From Lama glama (lineage: Eukaryota), in assembly GCA_028534125.1 (NCBI GenBank), contig CM052832.1:10914001-10978000 (forward strand): a stretch of 64,000 nucleotides of DNA, written 5' to 3'. Below are positions 12,509 through 25,830 of the stretch, piece after piece. The notes under the pieces are model-generated. The model searched no databases. It saw only the letters and a list, made by a program, of their open reading frames with translations, and was not told the origin of the DNA. The number at the start of each line of letters is the position of its first letter. Positions within the stretch are counted from its first letter, which is position 1. Made by a program: the position numbers and the translations under genes.

Positions 12509-14109
12509 CAGTGAGACAGCGAGGAGGTGAGGCCTGGGGTTGTTGAGGAGGTGGTCAACATGAGTCACAGAGACTGCCTCAAACTAACGTCGCAAAGGGC
12601 CTAGAGATGGACTCGGAGGCCCAGAGTTAGTGAAGGGATTGCTGGAATTCACTAGATTTAGACTAAGCCAGATTTTAAAGACATGAACCTTCCATGTTGA
12701 GAACTGATTCTTCATGTGTTGAAACTAGGTGATACAGAGGCCAGGGAAGTTGGACCTTTATCCGAAGTGATGGACAGGATAGGAAGAGAAAGTCCTTGCC
12801 AAAGCTGCCAAGGGCCACAGAACTTGCCTTCCCTCCTGGCCCCTAGGAGTGCTGGCTGGCCCCCAGGCCAGCTGTGGACCACGATGCCCGGCCAGTGGGG
12901 GTGGTGGTGGTGACCTCGGGTGGAGAAGATCGGACAAAACTTGCTGGAGTCAATTAGCATCTGTGCTGGGCTCTTGAATCTTACCCTTTTATCAGCATTT
13001 CCTTGATGTGGGAGTAATTCTCTTCTGCGTTTCCTCTGTGGGTCAGGTTGCAGGCTGCTGTCCCAGGAAGCAGGTTGTGAAGGGGAGAACAGCATGCAGG
13101 GTGCTTTTTAGGAAGGGTCCTGGGGCTCAGCGCCTGTGCAGGGAGGGAGGTGCTGAGCTGGGATGCTGGCTGCAGGGAGCTCTGGCACTTTAGAGTTGTT
13201 TCCTCGCCCCTCACACCCATGCATCAAGCACTATAGAGGGACTGCCCAGGGGGAGGGTGATGTGACCTTGGGCAAGTGGCTTTTGGCAGCTGCAGGAATC
13301 CCCGAAGGCCTGGACCAGGACCTGAAATCACTGGGTCGAAGAGCCTTTGCTTGTAAAGAGCTCAGACCTCACAGTGTGACAGCAGACAGGGCAGGACACA
13401 AACTACTGTCATGTAACATGGTAATCACTATAACTGAAATGGGCTTAAAATATCAGCCTGGGTTTGTGTCTAGATATGCAGAAAGGATTATTCACAATTA
13501 CATGGGTTTAAAATTGATTCTTAAAATGAAAGACTTTGAAATGTGTTTTTCCTAAGTCTACACTCAAAGCTACAGTGCTTGTTTGTTCTATTTATAAATC
13601 TAGTCAATTTTAAGCAAAAATGAAATAATCAGTTTTTGTGTGACTTTCGAATAATGTTCCATCAATTCAAGTCGAACACATTTCTCTCTGAAGCATCCAA
13701 TTTACACACTTAGCTAAATGTACTAAATGTTTTAAACTATATTCATATATTCAGTATGTTTTGTTTTCTCTCTAACACCTTCAAATGCCTAAGAGGGGAC
13801 ATGTAGGACTCTAACAAAAAAAGCTTCCCAAATGTTTAAACAACTGTAGTAAATGGATTATATTTATAAATATCAGGCCAATAGTGACATTTTTCCCTAA
13901 AATTTCTCAAATGATTTTACAACTTTCAATGTTCAAATCACAAGCCTAAAATAAATTATTAGTTTTAAATTGGTTTCTTTAACAAATACATTGTCAGGGA
14001 ATTAAAAAAAATTGGAAAGTGTGATTTTTTAAAAACCGAAGAAAGAACCAATCATTGTGTACCTTACTTGTTTCTTGATTCAGAGAAAAAATCTTCACAA
14101 AAAATTTTA

Positions 14110-14400
14110 TGGCATTCATTAGATAAATTTGAACAGTGAATAGTTGATCTTATGAAAGAATTTTTGTCAATTTCAATATATAATAATATTTAATATATAA
14201 TTCAATATATAATGTGCTATGACATCTGGGATTTGTTCCCATTTCAATGGAGGGGAGAAGTAGCTGTAGAAGGGAAAAAGTTGTCCTGAGCTGGCAGTTG
14301 CTGAAGCTGGGTGATGGGTTCATGCAGGCTCACAGGACTATGCCATAAACATTTGTATTTATTTGAAGTTCTGCATAATGAACAGTTTTTAAAAAATTAT
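14110..14400 (+). mobile_element. L1MB/L1MC-like 3' end inside an AT-rich block (about 13400-14560) that may be a decayed DNA transposon
   Basis: gagctggcagttgctgaagctgggtgatggg...tttgaagttctgcataat followed by an A tail. Confidence 0.65.
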
Positions 14401-14639
14401 TGGAATTTTAATACCAATTTCAGAGATTCCTTAAGCAATCATATTTTCAATAAAAACTCATCAAATAATAAATTCACAGACTATCCTTATGTTTGTAAAA
14501 CATATTCCTTAACTAATCCAAAAGCATGAATGCCATGGATTTGACTCATTTCATCATCTGTTCTAAAAGTACTTAGGGTTGAAAAGGGGGCAGTGGGGCT
14601 CAACCCTGAGGGTCAGCATTGTTTTTAACCCCTCGGGTG

Positions 14640-14812
14640 AGTGTAACATGCAGCCAAGGGTGAGACTCTCCTGCAGGACTTGCCAGCACAGGGATGCCAG
14701 CCCTGCCCCCAGAGGTTCTGAACTGTGGGTCTGGGGTGGGGCCTGAGAATCTGCATTTCTCGCAGTTGTAGGCAGTGCCAGTGCTGCTGGCTCGGGGGCT
14801 CATGTTAGAGGA
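14640..14812. mobile_element. MER5A hAT MITE
   Basis: cccccagaggttctga...ggtctggggtggggcctgagaatctgcatttct. Confidence 0.8.
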
Positions 14813-15319
14813 TGATGGATGCAAGGCAGGCAGGATTACTCTCTAGACAGAGTGGAAGTTACTAGGTCAGTAACTCGGATCCATTACACTGAAACTACCT
14901 CATGTGAACTGCAGCCGCTTCCTGTCCCGACTCCTGAGTGGACAAGGGAACTGTGGTGGGTACGTGACCAAGCATATGGCCGTGTTTGGTCCTTGCTTGA
15001 CTGCTATGACCGTGGAGTTGGGGGAGGTCCTCTTTTTTATTTGGGTTTTGCAATCCTTGTCCCTATGTTCATATCACACCCTTAACTAATTATATCTCCT
15101 GAGCAGAGTCAAGGGGAAGGGTTGATGCCTTCTTTCACCTACCCAGCTTCCTTCCCTGTCTGCCTGGACTTTCCATATTTTTATCTCTCTTAAGACATTT
15201 TAGTCTTAATCTTGGAAGACATTTGAATGTACGTCTGTAGGCTCCTGAATTTTGTCACATTTTGTCTGATTTTAAAGTGCTTACATTTTCTTACTCATAT
15301 AGCTGGAGCATCACAGTTG

Positions 15320-15760
15320 GCCCCGGGAATCAGGGAAGGCTTCACAGAGGTTGTGGTTTAGTGCTGAGCCTCAGGGGGTGAATAGGAATATGGCAGGTGG
15401 ACAGGGAAGCAGGGGCAGAGGGAACAGACAGTCTGGAATGACAAATTGGGTGTGTTGGGGATTAGAGGGGGAGGGAGAAATGTGAAATGAGGCTGATGAG
15501 ACAGGCAGTCAGGGGCCAGGTGTTTGAAAGGGAAAAGTTAATTTATCTCAGAAATGTTGAGAGAACAACTGAAAAATTTTCAGCAGAAGAGTGACACTAT
15601 GAAATTTGCGTGTTAGAAAGATTCATCTGACAGCCGCATGGAGGATGGATTAGAGATCGTGCCCAGAAGCAGGAAGTTTTACCGTAGGGAGGTTATTTGT
15701 CTAACAGCGACGTCTGAGTACCAATCTGGGATAGTCTTGGCAGGGATGGGAAGAGAGAAC
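15320..15760 (-). mobile_element. L2 LINE fragment (continues at about 16480-16720)
   Basis: atcagggaaggcttcacagagg, gagtgacactatgaaatttgcgtgttagaaagattcatctg and tttgctttggggacatgttaactggaatgtgtctg. Confidence 0.75.
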
Positions 15761-16727
15761 ATTAATGACAGTAACAAGAGGTAGTTCTGTTTGTGTGCTG
15801 ACGTGTGAGTGTGTATGTATCTGTGATCTGCTTTATCTTGAAAAGATTTAAGGTAGTTGAGATAAATGCACAAACATAAAAATAAAATCAGAAATAAATG
15901 TAGAAGGAAGCAGGACATATAGGAGAACAACATAGGGAAGATAATATGAGGTCGTGGAAGCAGTTCATAGTGAGACATTTAGGGCCTTACGCTGGCCTGA
16001 GGTGAGCCATGAGTTCAGCTGACTTTGTAAGAATCAGTAAGAAGGGAGGCTCAGTCCATCACTTGATTCAAGAGTGAATCTATATAAAAGTACTCCAGCT
16101 GCCTGGGAGGAGCATAGGGAGTGCTGGTTCTGAAAATAAAGGAATGTCTCTCGTGGAGCCTCAGAAAGAGGAGAAGGGTTGATATGCCAAACAAAACCCT
16201 CAGCATCACTGGCTCTTGTTTCTCCATGAGATGGTTTCTCTGGGTGGAGATTTAGAATTCAGACGAAAGATGGGGCTTCGGCACTGTTTTTCCCCTTGGT
16301 GAGTGGTCCGGTGAGAAGCTACCCGGCCAGGTTATCTGATCAGTAAATATCTGTCTTGTCAAGGAAGGAGGAGATGCCTTCCTAGAAACTAAACAAAACA
16401 AACAACAACAATAAACAGCAGGAAAGCTCTGGAGGGTGACAAACCATAGCCAAGTAAGATGGAAGACCCTGGGATTCCCCAGGCGTACTCAAAGAGAGAG
16501 GGTTGGATGAAGTAATTGGTGCCTGGTGATCTGGGGGAATGAGGGATCAGTTAGCAAGTTAGACCAATGGTTTGGGCCAGTTGGTTGGATGGTTCTGCAA
16601 AAAGTAATGAAGTAGGAGAAGTAGCTTTGTGGTTTGGGTGATGGTGAGGAGAATTATGAATTTGCTTTGGGGACATGTTAACTGGAATGTGTCTGAAAAT
16701 ATGCAGGTGGCCACATAACCAGTTTTT

Positions 16728-17300
16728 TGTGGTTTAGTTTGCTTTTCATGTGCTGTTAGTGCCTCCAACCATATCCTCTTGGCCTCTGCAGTAAGTCACC
16801 TGTAACTCTTGCCCTAGACACCCATGGTTTCCTGCATCTCTCTGTCCCAGAGTGTTTTCCCCATTGCTGGAGCAGGCAGGATGGAAGTGTTAGGACTTAC
16901 TGTCCCAGGAGTGACCTTCAACCAGTAATGCACAGGAATTGATGGCTGAATACCAAGCTTCTTGCCCCTGCAAGTGGACAGTTCTTAAGTGTATTCCTCA
17001 CAGTGTCTTAGACAGTCTGGCTGGATTGAGTGCCAGTTGCCCACAAGGGGGAACCACTCATCAATGAGCCCCTTACTGGCTTGTCTTCTTCTCCTTCTCT
17101 TCCTCCTTTTTTTTTTTTTTTTTTTTGCTGTGTCCCAGTAAAACTTTATTTACAAAGACAAGTGGTGGGCTGGATTTGTCCCTGGTGGTATAGTTTGCAG
17201 ATCCTTGACCTGGACCTTACTAACTTTCTTCTTCTGTGGCCATACTTCCCCACTTCAGGGATCTTTCTGGGATCACTTTCCAATAACCCACTTGTACCAC
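16728..17300 (+). mobile_element. LTR16-family ERVL solo LTR with a MER58 end inserted at about 17127-17210
   Basis: ggattgagtgccagttgcccacaagggggaacc and ctgggatcactttccaataa; the insert reads taaaactttatttacaaagacaagtggtgggctggatttg...tagtttgc. Confidence 0.7.
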
Positions 17301-19189
17301 TTGTACCACAGAGTTGGTCCCACCTTGATGCCAGGAGATCAGCCACCTGTGTCCCCTGTGCCAGTTGGTTGTTGCCTGAGGTCTGGGGAGGTGGAAGGGG
17401 ACACAGCCATCTCTGGCCAGGGCCCTTCCTCTTAGTCATCCTCCAGGTCAGCCTCCAAGTGGAGGCTCCCTTTAACCCTGGGAAGTTCTCCTGAACTGGA
17501 GACAATTTTCCATTCAGGAGACAATTTTAATTCTCCTGAGTTGACCAGCACCTGTGGCCGCCTGCGCTAGTGGGACACCAGCATTGCCCTCTACAGGCCT
17601 TCTCCCGTATTACAAGCTTTGTACGTTGCATTTGCTGCAGTCACTTCTCTGGGATCTGTCAGTAAGCGGGAGGAGGAGAAGCAGCTAAATAAGGTCTGAT
17701 CCCTGCACTTGGGAACTTGCTGTCTAGGGTGGGGACCGGACAGGAGAAAACAATTATTGAGCAAACAAGAAATTCACACAGCATCAAGGTGAACACAAAC
17801 TGCTTGTCCTGGGAGCTCAACCAGGAGGTAGAGTATTTCCAGGTGGGGACAACGACCCTGTAAAAGCTGATAAGGAAGCAGTATTCCAGCTGGTACTTAA
17901 ACATCATCTTGAAGGACTTGACTGATGCTAAACATTTCTTAGATTCTGTGGGTTTGGTTTTTTTTTTTAATTTGGTCTAATTTAATTTATTTTCTCTTTA
18001 AAATACTATGGTGTTCTTCTTATGTGCTTTTGAGATGGCTCTCAGTATCTCCTGCTTGGCCGTCCTACACCAGCGTCCCCTTCACAGCTGCATGTGCCCG
18101 CCTCTCTCCATACCTAAGTATAGACCTGCCATGTGCCCCATGCCTCCACAGCGTGGGCTAAGCATCCTGCCCTGGGAGGTGAGGGGGGTGCTGGGTTATC
18201 AGTCAGCTGGGAGCCAGGTCTCCATTCCTCTGTTAAGAGGGGCAAGCCTTGAGTAGCTTCCCCACGCCCTCTTCCTGCCTCTGTCCTGTGTGGTCTGAGA
18301 TAGGCACACTCCCCAAGCAACAGAGTAATCCGTTTGCTCTGTCAGTGTTCAATTCCAATTTCCTGTCTGGCTGTGAGCCACCTCAAACCAGTCCTTAATA
18401 AGGTCCACATTTTCCATTCTGCTGAAAGCCTGTGTCGCCGGGGCTGCCAGCAGCTTGGGAATCTATTCAAAGAATGAGCTTTCTCCTTTAATTGTCTCTG
18501 CTGAACCTGGGCTCCTGACCCTCTCCACCCCAGGGCCTCTGACAGAGGGGAACATTCTAGGAGCTGGAGAGGGTAGGGTAGGGCTGGGAGTTCCAGGAAG
18601 GCACAGGGATTCTTGAGGAAGGAGACAGATTCAATCTCGAAGCTCCTCTCCGTTTATTTAATCTCACAAGGTTTCAATCAGCCAGCCCTAACCTGGCTAG
18701 CTCCACAGACTAGGGAAAAATCATATTTCCTCTCAAGTGAATTTTTCATTTCACACAGCCCAGCTGCTACCTCAGAGCCTTCCCCAAAGGCATCAACAGT
18801 CTTGTAGCACCTCCGTGTCTCCCAGTCTTCTTCAGAGAACACTCCTTTCCTCTCATACGGTTGGGTTTTCTACCGCTCTGATGTGCCTGGTAATGGGGCT
18901 AGGAACTTTGGGAGAAAGAAAGTATCGAATCCATTGGCCTTGTCTTCAAAGAATCTGCCGCAACGGAGGGAGAAGTGACAGGTTTGGGGGAAGAAGGTTC
19001 CTCTCTTCTTAAGCAGCATAACGAGAAGGGTAGATGACTCCCCAGTCCTATTCCCTGTATGGCCGGAAATAGGAAAAGGAGGAGGGATGGGATAGAGAAT
19101 TTTCCACAGAACTTTGGCACTTGCCTCTAGGGTCAGTTCCTTTTATGAAACCTTTGATGCAAATCCCATCTCCCACAGCAACAGAATGC

Positions 19190-19292
19190 ACCCTCTCAGA
19201 CTGGGCCTCCCTGGGGACAGGGCTGTGTCTCCCCCTCAGACTGGGGTCCCTGAGGATGGGGCTGTATCTCCCCTCAGACTGCACTTCCTGAA
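19190..19292 (+). repeat. Degenerate minisatellite, unit about 40 bp, 2.5-3 copies
   Basis: The unit ccctcagactggg..ccctg.gga..gggctgt.tct is repeated. Confidence 0.8.
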
Positions 19293-20319
19293 GACGGGGC
19301 AGGATGCTGGGTATGGGGGATTCTGTACTAAGGCCAGGCAGGCAGGACCCCTGAGGAGGGCACAGTCCAACCGAGGGGACAGGCTCTAAACACATACAAG
19401 TTTTATGAAGGGAAAGTTTGGATTCCATGTGTTGGGTAACAAGGGAGTCTAGAGATATGGCTGGTGTGAGGACAGTTAAGTAGACATTTTTGTCTTTAGT
19501 AAAATGGCCAGGCTTCTCCATGGAAATTGAACCCCTCTGTTGACTCAGCTGAAAACAGTCCTTGAGTTCTGGGTCAGACCCTCTCCCTAACCCCCACCTT
19601 CCTCTTAATCCCAGGTAGCCCAGTTCTTAGGGCCACGTTTCTTAAACAGCAGCCACAAACCACTTGGCAGGTCAATGGCCCAGGAACCCCCTGAAAATGC
19701 CCGCTGTCCCGTTCAGGCGGCTTCCTGCATCTGTGGTCTGGAAAACTCAGGTCTTCTTTCAAAGACCTTGGATCTTTCTCCTTTATTTCCCTCGTGTGTA
19801 TCCTCCTGGCTTGGGTCATCTGTCCTTCAGAGCGCAGACTGTCCTCATGCAGGTACTCGGCTGTGAGGAAGTTTCAGGAGGACACGGGCCCTTGAGTCTG
19901 CCTTCACTCACTGTATTCAGGCTTTGGAGACGGTCTCACCTACTACATCCAGCTCTTCGCTTCCTGGTTTGTAGCAGCACTGTCTGTTCTGCTCCCTTGG
20001 CTCCTGAAGGAGCAGGTTCACTGGGGATTCTGTTCTCTGGGTCTTGTCCTCGCTCTCCATCAGACCCGACACCCTGGACAGAGCAGGCTCGGCTCTGCCC
20101 ACACTCAGAAACATCCTCACATTAACTCCTCCTCCTCAGGCACCGTGTGTGCCAACTTTTTATGTTCTTAGTAGCCTTCGTTTCTGGGTCAAATCATGTT
20201 TCATTGTTTTCTAAATTCTCTTATAAGGTTTGTGAAAGTTAAGGTCCCTGGGTGTTAACAGTGAAGTCACTGGGGAGACTAACGACAGGACTACTTACGA
20301 AGTTCCGGGCAGAAGAAAG

Positions 20320-20690
20320 AACTGCATATCCTGGCGCTGGCAATGCCAGGGGGAGGCTGCTACCTCCCCTGGGCCTAATGGGATGAAAGGACAGAGTTAG
20401 TCCCAGAACTGCAGATGGTAGCCAGAGGGAAAGAGCTGCCAACAGCAACCATGGCCTTCAGCAGACTTAAGCCACTAACCACAGTGACCTGGCAAGAAGG
20501 GATCCCAGGTAATAAATATCCCATCTCCTCTTTCCTCCTCGTTTTCTGATCTGCTGTTACTTCCCACTGACTGAACATAATTAGAAGCTGGAGAGCAAGG
20601 CACCCACTGAAGTGGTCTCTGCAGGTCACCCTCTTCAGGGGCAGAGCTGAGTGCAGAGGGGCAGAGAGTGGGCCAGGACACACAGAAGAA
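20320..20690 (-). mobile_element. LTR33-like ERVL LTR
   Basis: aataaatatcccatctcctctttcctcc...cccactgactgaac...agaagctggagagcaagg. Confidence 0.65.
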
Positions 20691-23196
20691 GAGATCAGGG
20701 CAGGTTTATTTCTCCCCGTCCTTTCCTAGTTTCTGGCGTCTGTGTTGTAAGGCACTCTCTCTGGCCAGTCCATTAAGTGTGTTCTTTTTTGTAAGCTGAC
20801 CGTGGCAGAACAAACCCCACCTGCCAAGCCCTGGGCTAGACCTTGGTGCATAGAGATAAGGCATGAAGTCTGCTCTCCTGGAGCACAGAGCGATTTTCGT
20901 TCCATCAGAGGGCTCCAGCGATGGGATTAGCCAAATGAAGAGTGGAAGGGAAATTAACTTACAGACTCAAACCTGCTCATCATAACCATCAAACACTTGG
21001 CTCCGTGCTTCTCCATATGTTATTTCATTCACTCTTCCCAGTGACCTCACACACCATTTCCATCATCCTGCAGATGCAGAGGACACAGCTCAAAGAGGGG
21101 ATGTGATTTGCTCATGATCACATAGCTAACAAGCAGCAGAACCTCTAAAGCAGAGAACACTCTCTCCTCTGTGCTGTTCTCAGCCCTGCCATCTCCCGTT
21201 TGCATTATGGTTCTACCTTGAACTCTGGTGACTGGGACACATGCTCTACCTCTCTGCCTGCAGGCAGTGCTATTGTTTCGCACCCCTAGAACTCAGTACT
21301 AAGTCTGTCAGTAAAGGTTTCAGAACCCGGTCCAAAGTACCTCTGAGTCCTTTCAGAACTACTCAGTGAACAGCAGGGTTCAACGTGACGTGTGAAGTCA
21401 GAACTTCCTGGTTCTTGTTGGCAGCGAGACTTGGCAGTGATCATATAGAATCATATACAGGCTAGTGTGAATTGAACGTAAACACCAAGGTCAGGGCCTG
21501 ACCCAAATCTTAAAAAGCCGAGAGATCTTTGCAGGCTCATTTCACAGGTGAGGAGAGGATTTTCAAAGAGATTAAGTGCATAGCTTGAGGCCTGGCTTCT
21601 AGCAAGTGGCAGACCCAGGGTTTGAACCCCTGACCTGTTTCCCAGGCCTTGGCTTTTTCCAAGCTACCTGACATTCCCCTGGTGGCAGCAGGACAGTTCC
21701 ATTGAAAGAAAGAAAACTCTCCAAGTGACTGATTATAATTCTTCTCTTTCCCACCACCCACCCTGTCCTTATCCCACCCCCCATCCTTCCTATACCCAGT
21801 GGACTCCAATGGGCCACGTGTTATTGGAGAAGTCATAGAAAACTGCCAGGGAGGAAAGGCCACGAAGGAATTCTGCAGAATCCCAGGAAATGAGAGATTT
21901 ACCCCCTCCTACTCTTCCTGCCCTCTCTCTGCCTGACTTTCTGGTATCTGGACGCACCCAAGTTCTCACAGCCTGTGCTCTGGAAAGCAGACCAGAGCTG
22001 CACACACAGCTGGTTCTTCAAAGCCACCGTCGTTTGGTCCCCTGGTGGGCAAATAAAAACAAAATGCTGCTGTGAAGAAACAAATCCATTTCACATTTCA
22101 TTTTACGTGAGAAAATGGAAAATGCCGAGGAGATGCATTGAGGTCAAGTTCCCCTGCAATTCTTGCGAGAAGTCTTGGCTTCCTGAATCAGCAACTCCCT
22201 GTGCCCCTGCTGATTACTCTTCAGTCGCTCATTTTGCTTCCCATGCCTGGCCCAGCGCACCCGTGAGCACATGCCCGAGCCTGCCTCCCCACCACCTCTA
22301 TTTTACCTGCACACCAGAGTCACTAGAATGTAATAGACAAACAGAGGTGACTTGCTAAATCCTAGTAGCTTGGCCCGGCCTCCAGACACCCATTTCTAAT
22401 CACATCTCCAAGCCTCGAGCGAGGCAGTCATAAAAGAAAGGAAGCCATTCATTTATACTATATAGAGTTTCAATTTTTCTGAGGTTTCCACACAATCATC
22501 TTTTATGAGCTATAGTAAAACCACATGTTTATACAGTCTCTCTCCCTAAGTCCCAAACATTTTAGCAACATTAGCTTATGTAACACCTGGGGTTTGTGAA
22601 ACAGGGCCTGAACAGCCTCCGCATCACTTATGCAAACAGTTTTGAATTTTCCAGATGTATCCATTTCCCTTCAAGTTAGCAAAAAAGCTTATTTGGAAGA
22701 TATTGCCTCTCTCCCTACCCTCAATCCCTTCCCTTCCACCTGCAGGTAATATTTGCTTCTAAAAAGACTCTTTGCCTTTGCAGTCACATGGAAACAATTT
22801 TTCTGATTTGTTTTGCAATTCCTGATGAATATCTTTATCTATGTTTCAGTTATAGAACAGCAGAGGACTGCCTAAAATTAAATCACAAAGTCCCTGCTTT
22901 TCTCCCTCCTACCCATGGTCAGATCTGGGATCCACTTTTAACCCTTCCCTCTTCTGCATCTCCTATATTAGTTTAACTGTTAGGTCCCTCATTCATTGTA
23001 CAAAGTGATTTTTCCATCTCTTTTCCTGTCCTGTGGCTGCCCTCCTACTCAGACTTATAAATTCATAGCTGGGCTGTTTCACTCGGCTCCCCAGGAGTCT
23101 CCTGTTTCAATGTATCCGGCACACTCTAGCTTCATAAATCTTCTTTGGATCCTCCCTTCTACTGAACCACTGCTCACGGCCGCCCATTGTCTAAGA

Positions 23197-23360
23197 CAGG
23201 GGAAGGCAAACATCGTGCAGGCTGCTTCTGCAGATACAGTTGGACTAGAACACATCCACGCCCATTTCTTTACACACTGCTCTTGTAATACAATGGCAGA
23301 ATTCAAAGCCTCAAAGATTTACCATCTAGTGTCTGTACAGACAAAGTTTGCTGACCCCTG
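23197..23360. mobile_element. MER58A-like hAT MITE
   Basis: Terminal inverted repeats caggggaaggcaaac and gtttgctgacccctg. Confidence 0.8.
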
Positions 23361-23539
23361 GTGGACGGAATAAAGTTGGTGTGCCCCAGGCCAGCACTAG
23401 CTTTCCCGCCTTGCCTGTGCATCAATCCTCCCCAGCCACCCATGGACGGCCCCCTTAAACAGCCTATCCCAGGCCCCTGCCGCTATTCATGTGTTCCCTC
23501 TGCCTCCACATGCCCCAGCTTCTGGCAAATACCAACCAG

Positions 23540-23822
23540 TCATCTAAAATTCAGCTTAAGGCAAGACTCTTCCATCCCTGCATCACAACCCGCCCTCTGT
23601 ACCCTCCTCCCCATGAATTCAGTGCCCCTATTTTTGTGCCCCTCTGAACTCTTACAAATATTCCCAGCAATGTCTGCTTGTATATATGTGTTTCTCCCTC
23701 TTTAGATTATAAGTCCCTTGAGAGCAAATGTATCTTAATCATTTTTGTATTCCCAGAGCCAGGTATTGTGTCTGGAATATAGTAGATACTCAGTACATGT
23801 GGGATGAATGAATGAATGAAAG
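23540..23822 (+). mobile_element. L2 3' end
   Basis: tagattataagtcccttgagagc...tagtagatactcagtac followed by the (atga)n L2 tail. Confidence 0.85.
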
Positions 23823-24099
23823 AAACACCAACCTCTAGTCCCCCAGTCCCCCATCTTGTTCCTTCTTCCCATACACACGCTTTGTCTGGCCTCCTGGGCC
23901 GCAGCCTGCTTCACTGACTCTGGCTCTAAGCTTGTCTTGTCCTGTCCACTCCCTTCTGGACTCTAGATACTTCCCTGCCTGCACCTCCCACACTTAAGTC
24001 CTTCACACCCCGGGTCAGTGGCTCTCAGTGACCCTCGCATCCTGTCCTGCTGTGTGACTTTATTGAGCATCTCTTGCCAGACTGGTGTGTACATGGGCT

Positions 24100-24530
24100 G
24101 TGACTGAGGAGTCCTGAATCAGAATCCAGGCTCTGTCATTTCCTAGCTGGGTTACCCTTGGGCGAGTCAGTTCCTGAACTCTGGTTTCATCGTTGGTAAA
24201 ATGCAAGTAATTAAACATACTTCACTGGCTGATGTGATGACGCTGATACATGCATATTTACTCATTCAACAAATATTTATGGATTGTTCATTATGTGCCA
24301 GGCAGTGAACAAGGCAAGAAAAAGAACAAAAAATCAAGAGACTGAAACCAAATCCCTGCCCTTGTGGGGCTTACTTTCCTATTGAGGAGACAGACAATAA
24401 ACAAGACAAGTAAGGTACTTAGAAGGTGAGAGGTGTTTAGAGACAGACAAATCAGGGACTGTGCTTAGGGACTGTGATATGATTAGATGGTAATTTATTG
24501 AGAAGGTCTTTCCATCTGAATCTGAAAGGT
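24100..24530. mobile_element. MIR (+, about 24100-24250) abutting an L2 3' end (-, about 24255-24530)
   Basis: ctagctgggttacccttgggcgagtca; cattcaacaaatatttatgga...tatgtgccaggca. Confidence 0.8.
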
Positions 24531-25499
24531 CCTTTCTTATAACTCTTAGGAATCCCCCATGTGATGCTTTACAATGTTAGCCAGTGGGGGGGCGGGGGGA
24601 AGCATTTAATGCAAATTTTAGTTGAATGAAAAAAGAAAAGGATGAGGGGAGGAAGAAGCCTGTCCTTAGTCGTTCCTCCGCAAAGACTTCCTGAGCACTT
24701 CTAACACCAGCCAGGGAGGGCCCTGCACATGCACAGTGTTCTCCCAGGGATTCATTTGGTGCTGGTGTATGAGAGCCAATATCAAACAGAATCTTATGTT
24801 TCAGTAGACTGTGAGAAAAAGATTTACATCCAAGACCCTCCCCTCTCCTCAAGGCCAGAGTTTATTGCTCTCTCTGCATGCTTCTAGAACACTATGAATC
24901 AAACTCAGCTTTTCTTGAGCTGACAGGTTTAAGTAAGTAATAAGTTTTATATTGCAGATTATTAATCTATTACAACGATTTCATCAGCCTGTGAAATAAC
25001 TATCTCTCTGATGTCAGTTTCATAGCTCCATCTGCAAACCAAACCCACAAGCATCTCACAGATGCTGGGAGCCCCAGGATTCGGTGGCCCTAGGATACTC
25101 AGGGGCAGTCCCAGGGGCAGTCCCAGGGGCAGCTGCTTCAGGGAGCTGTTTGCTGGGTGCCCAAGAAACATGGGTCCTGCCCTTCAGACAGAACCTATCC
25201 CAGGCAAAGGGCAGAGCAGGGACAGTTGCCTGCAATGACTACAGCTCCTACCCCCAGCCCTTTCTCCTCTCTCTCACACCAGACTGCCGAGTCCTCCTCC
25301 TCCAGTCCTCCTCCTCCAGGTCGCCTGGCTGTGGCTTTCCCTCCACCCATTAGCGCAGAGCCTCTAGACTCAAACTCCCAACAAAAGCATCCTAATAGGT
25401 GTTCTGTTTCACCTTTTGCCTCCCTTTAGTCACAAGCTGTTAACGCATAAGTCAGATCGTGTTACTTATCTCCTCAGAAAAATTCAGTGGCTTCCTATT

Positions 25500-25830
25500 G
25501 TGTGTGGAGTTTCCTGGAACAGACTGTAGAAGGCAATTAAGTGTTTAGGATGTGCACTAGGGAGTGCCTTCAGGATTGACATATTTAGGGAAGGAAGGAA
25601 GCGAGATTGAGTGAAAGGAGCAGCTAAGCTGCATTGCAGGTTCAGCCAACGACAGTTTCAGCCCCAGAGGATTGTGGACAGCTCCCTTCAGGGATGTTCC
25701 ACGTTTCTGTATCATCTCCCAGTCACTTCCATCTCCACAATCACAGGAACAACACAGATCCCAAGGGGTTTCCCTCTTTCTGTCCCCTTCATTCTCATTA
25801 CCCTGGGGCTGTGTCACACTACCACAGGAC
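25500..25830 (-). mobile_element. ERVL-class LTR remnant (LTR16/LTR40 group)
   Basis: tttcctggaacagactgtaga...tagggagtgccttcaggat...agggaaggaaggaagc. Confidence 0.5.

Noticed and set aside
19048..20125. Overlapping ORFs of about 155 aa
   Set aside because: One reads through the minisatellite; both are consistent with chance in GC-rich sequence, with no domain or exon structure.
21674..21692. CTCF-like motif (gccaccagggg on the minus strand)
   Set aside because: Partial match only; expected by chance at this length.
25101..25132. 12-bp tandem repeat aggggcagtccc (about 2.7 copies)
   Set aside because: Ordinary slippage duplication with no further structure.
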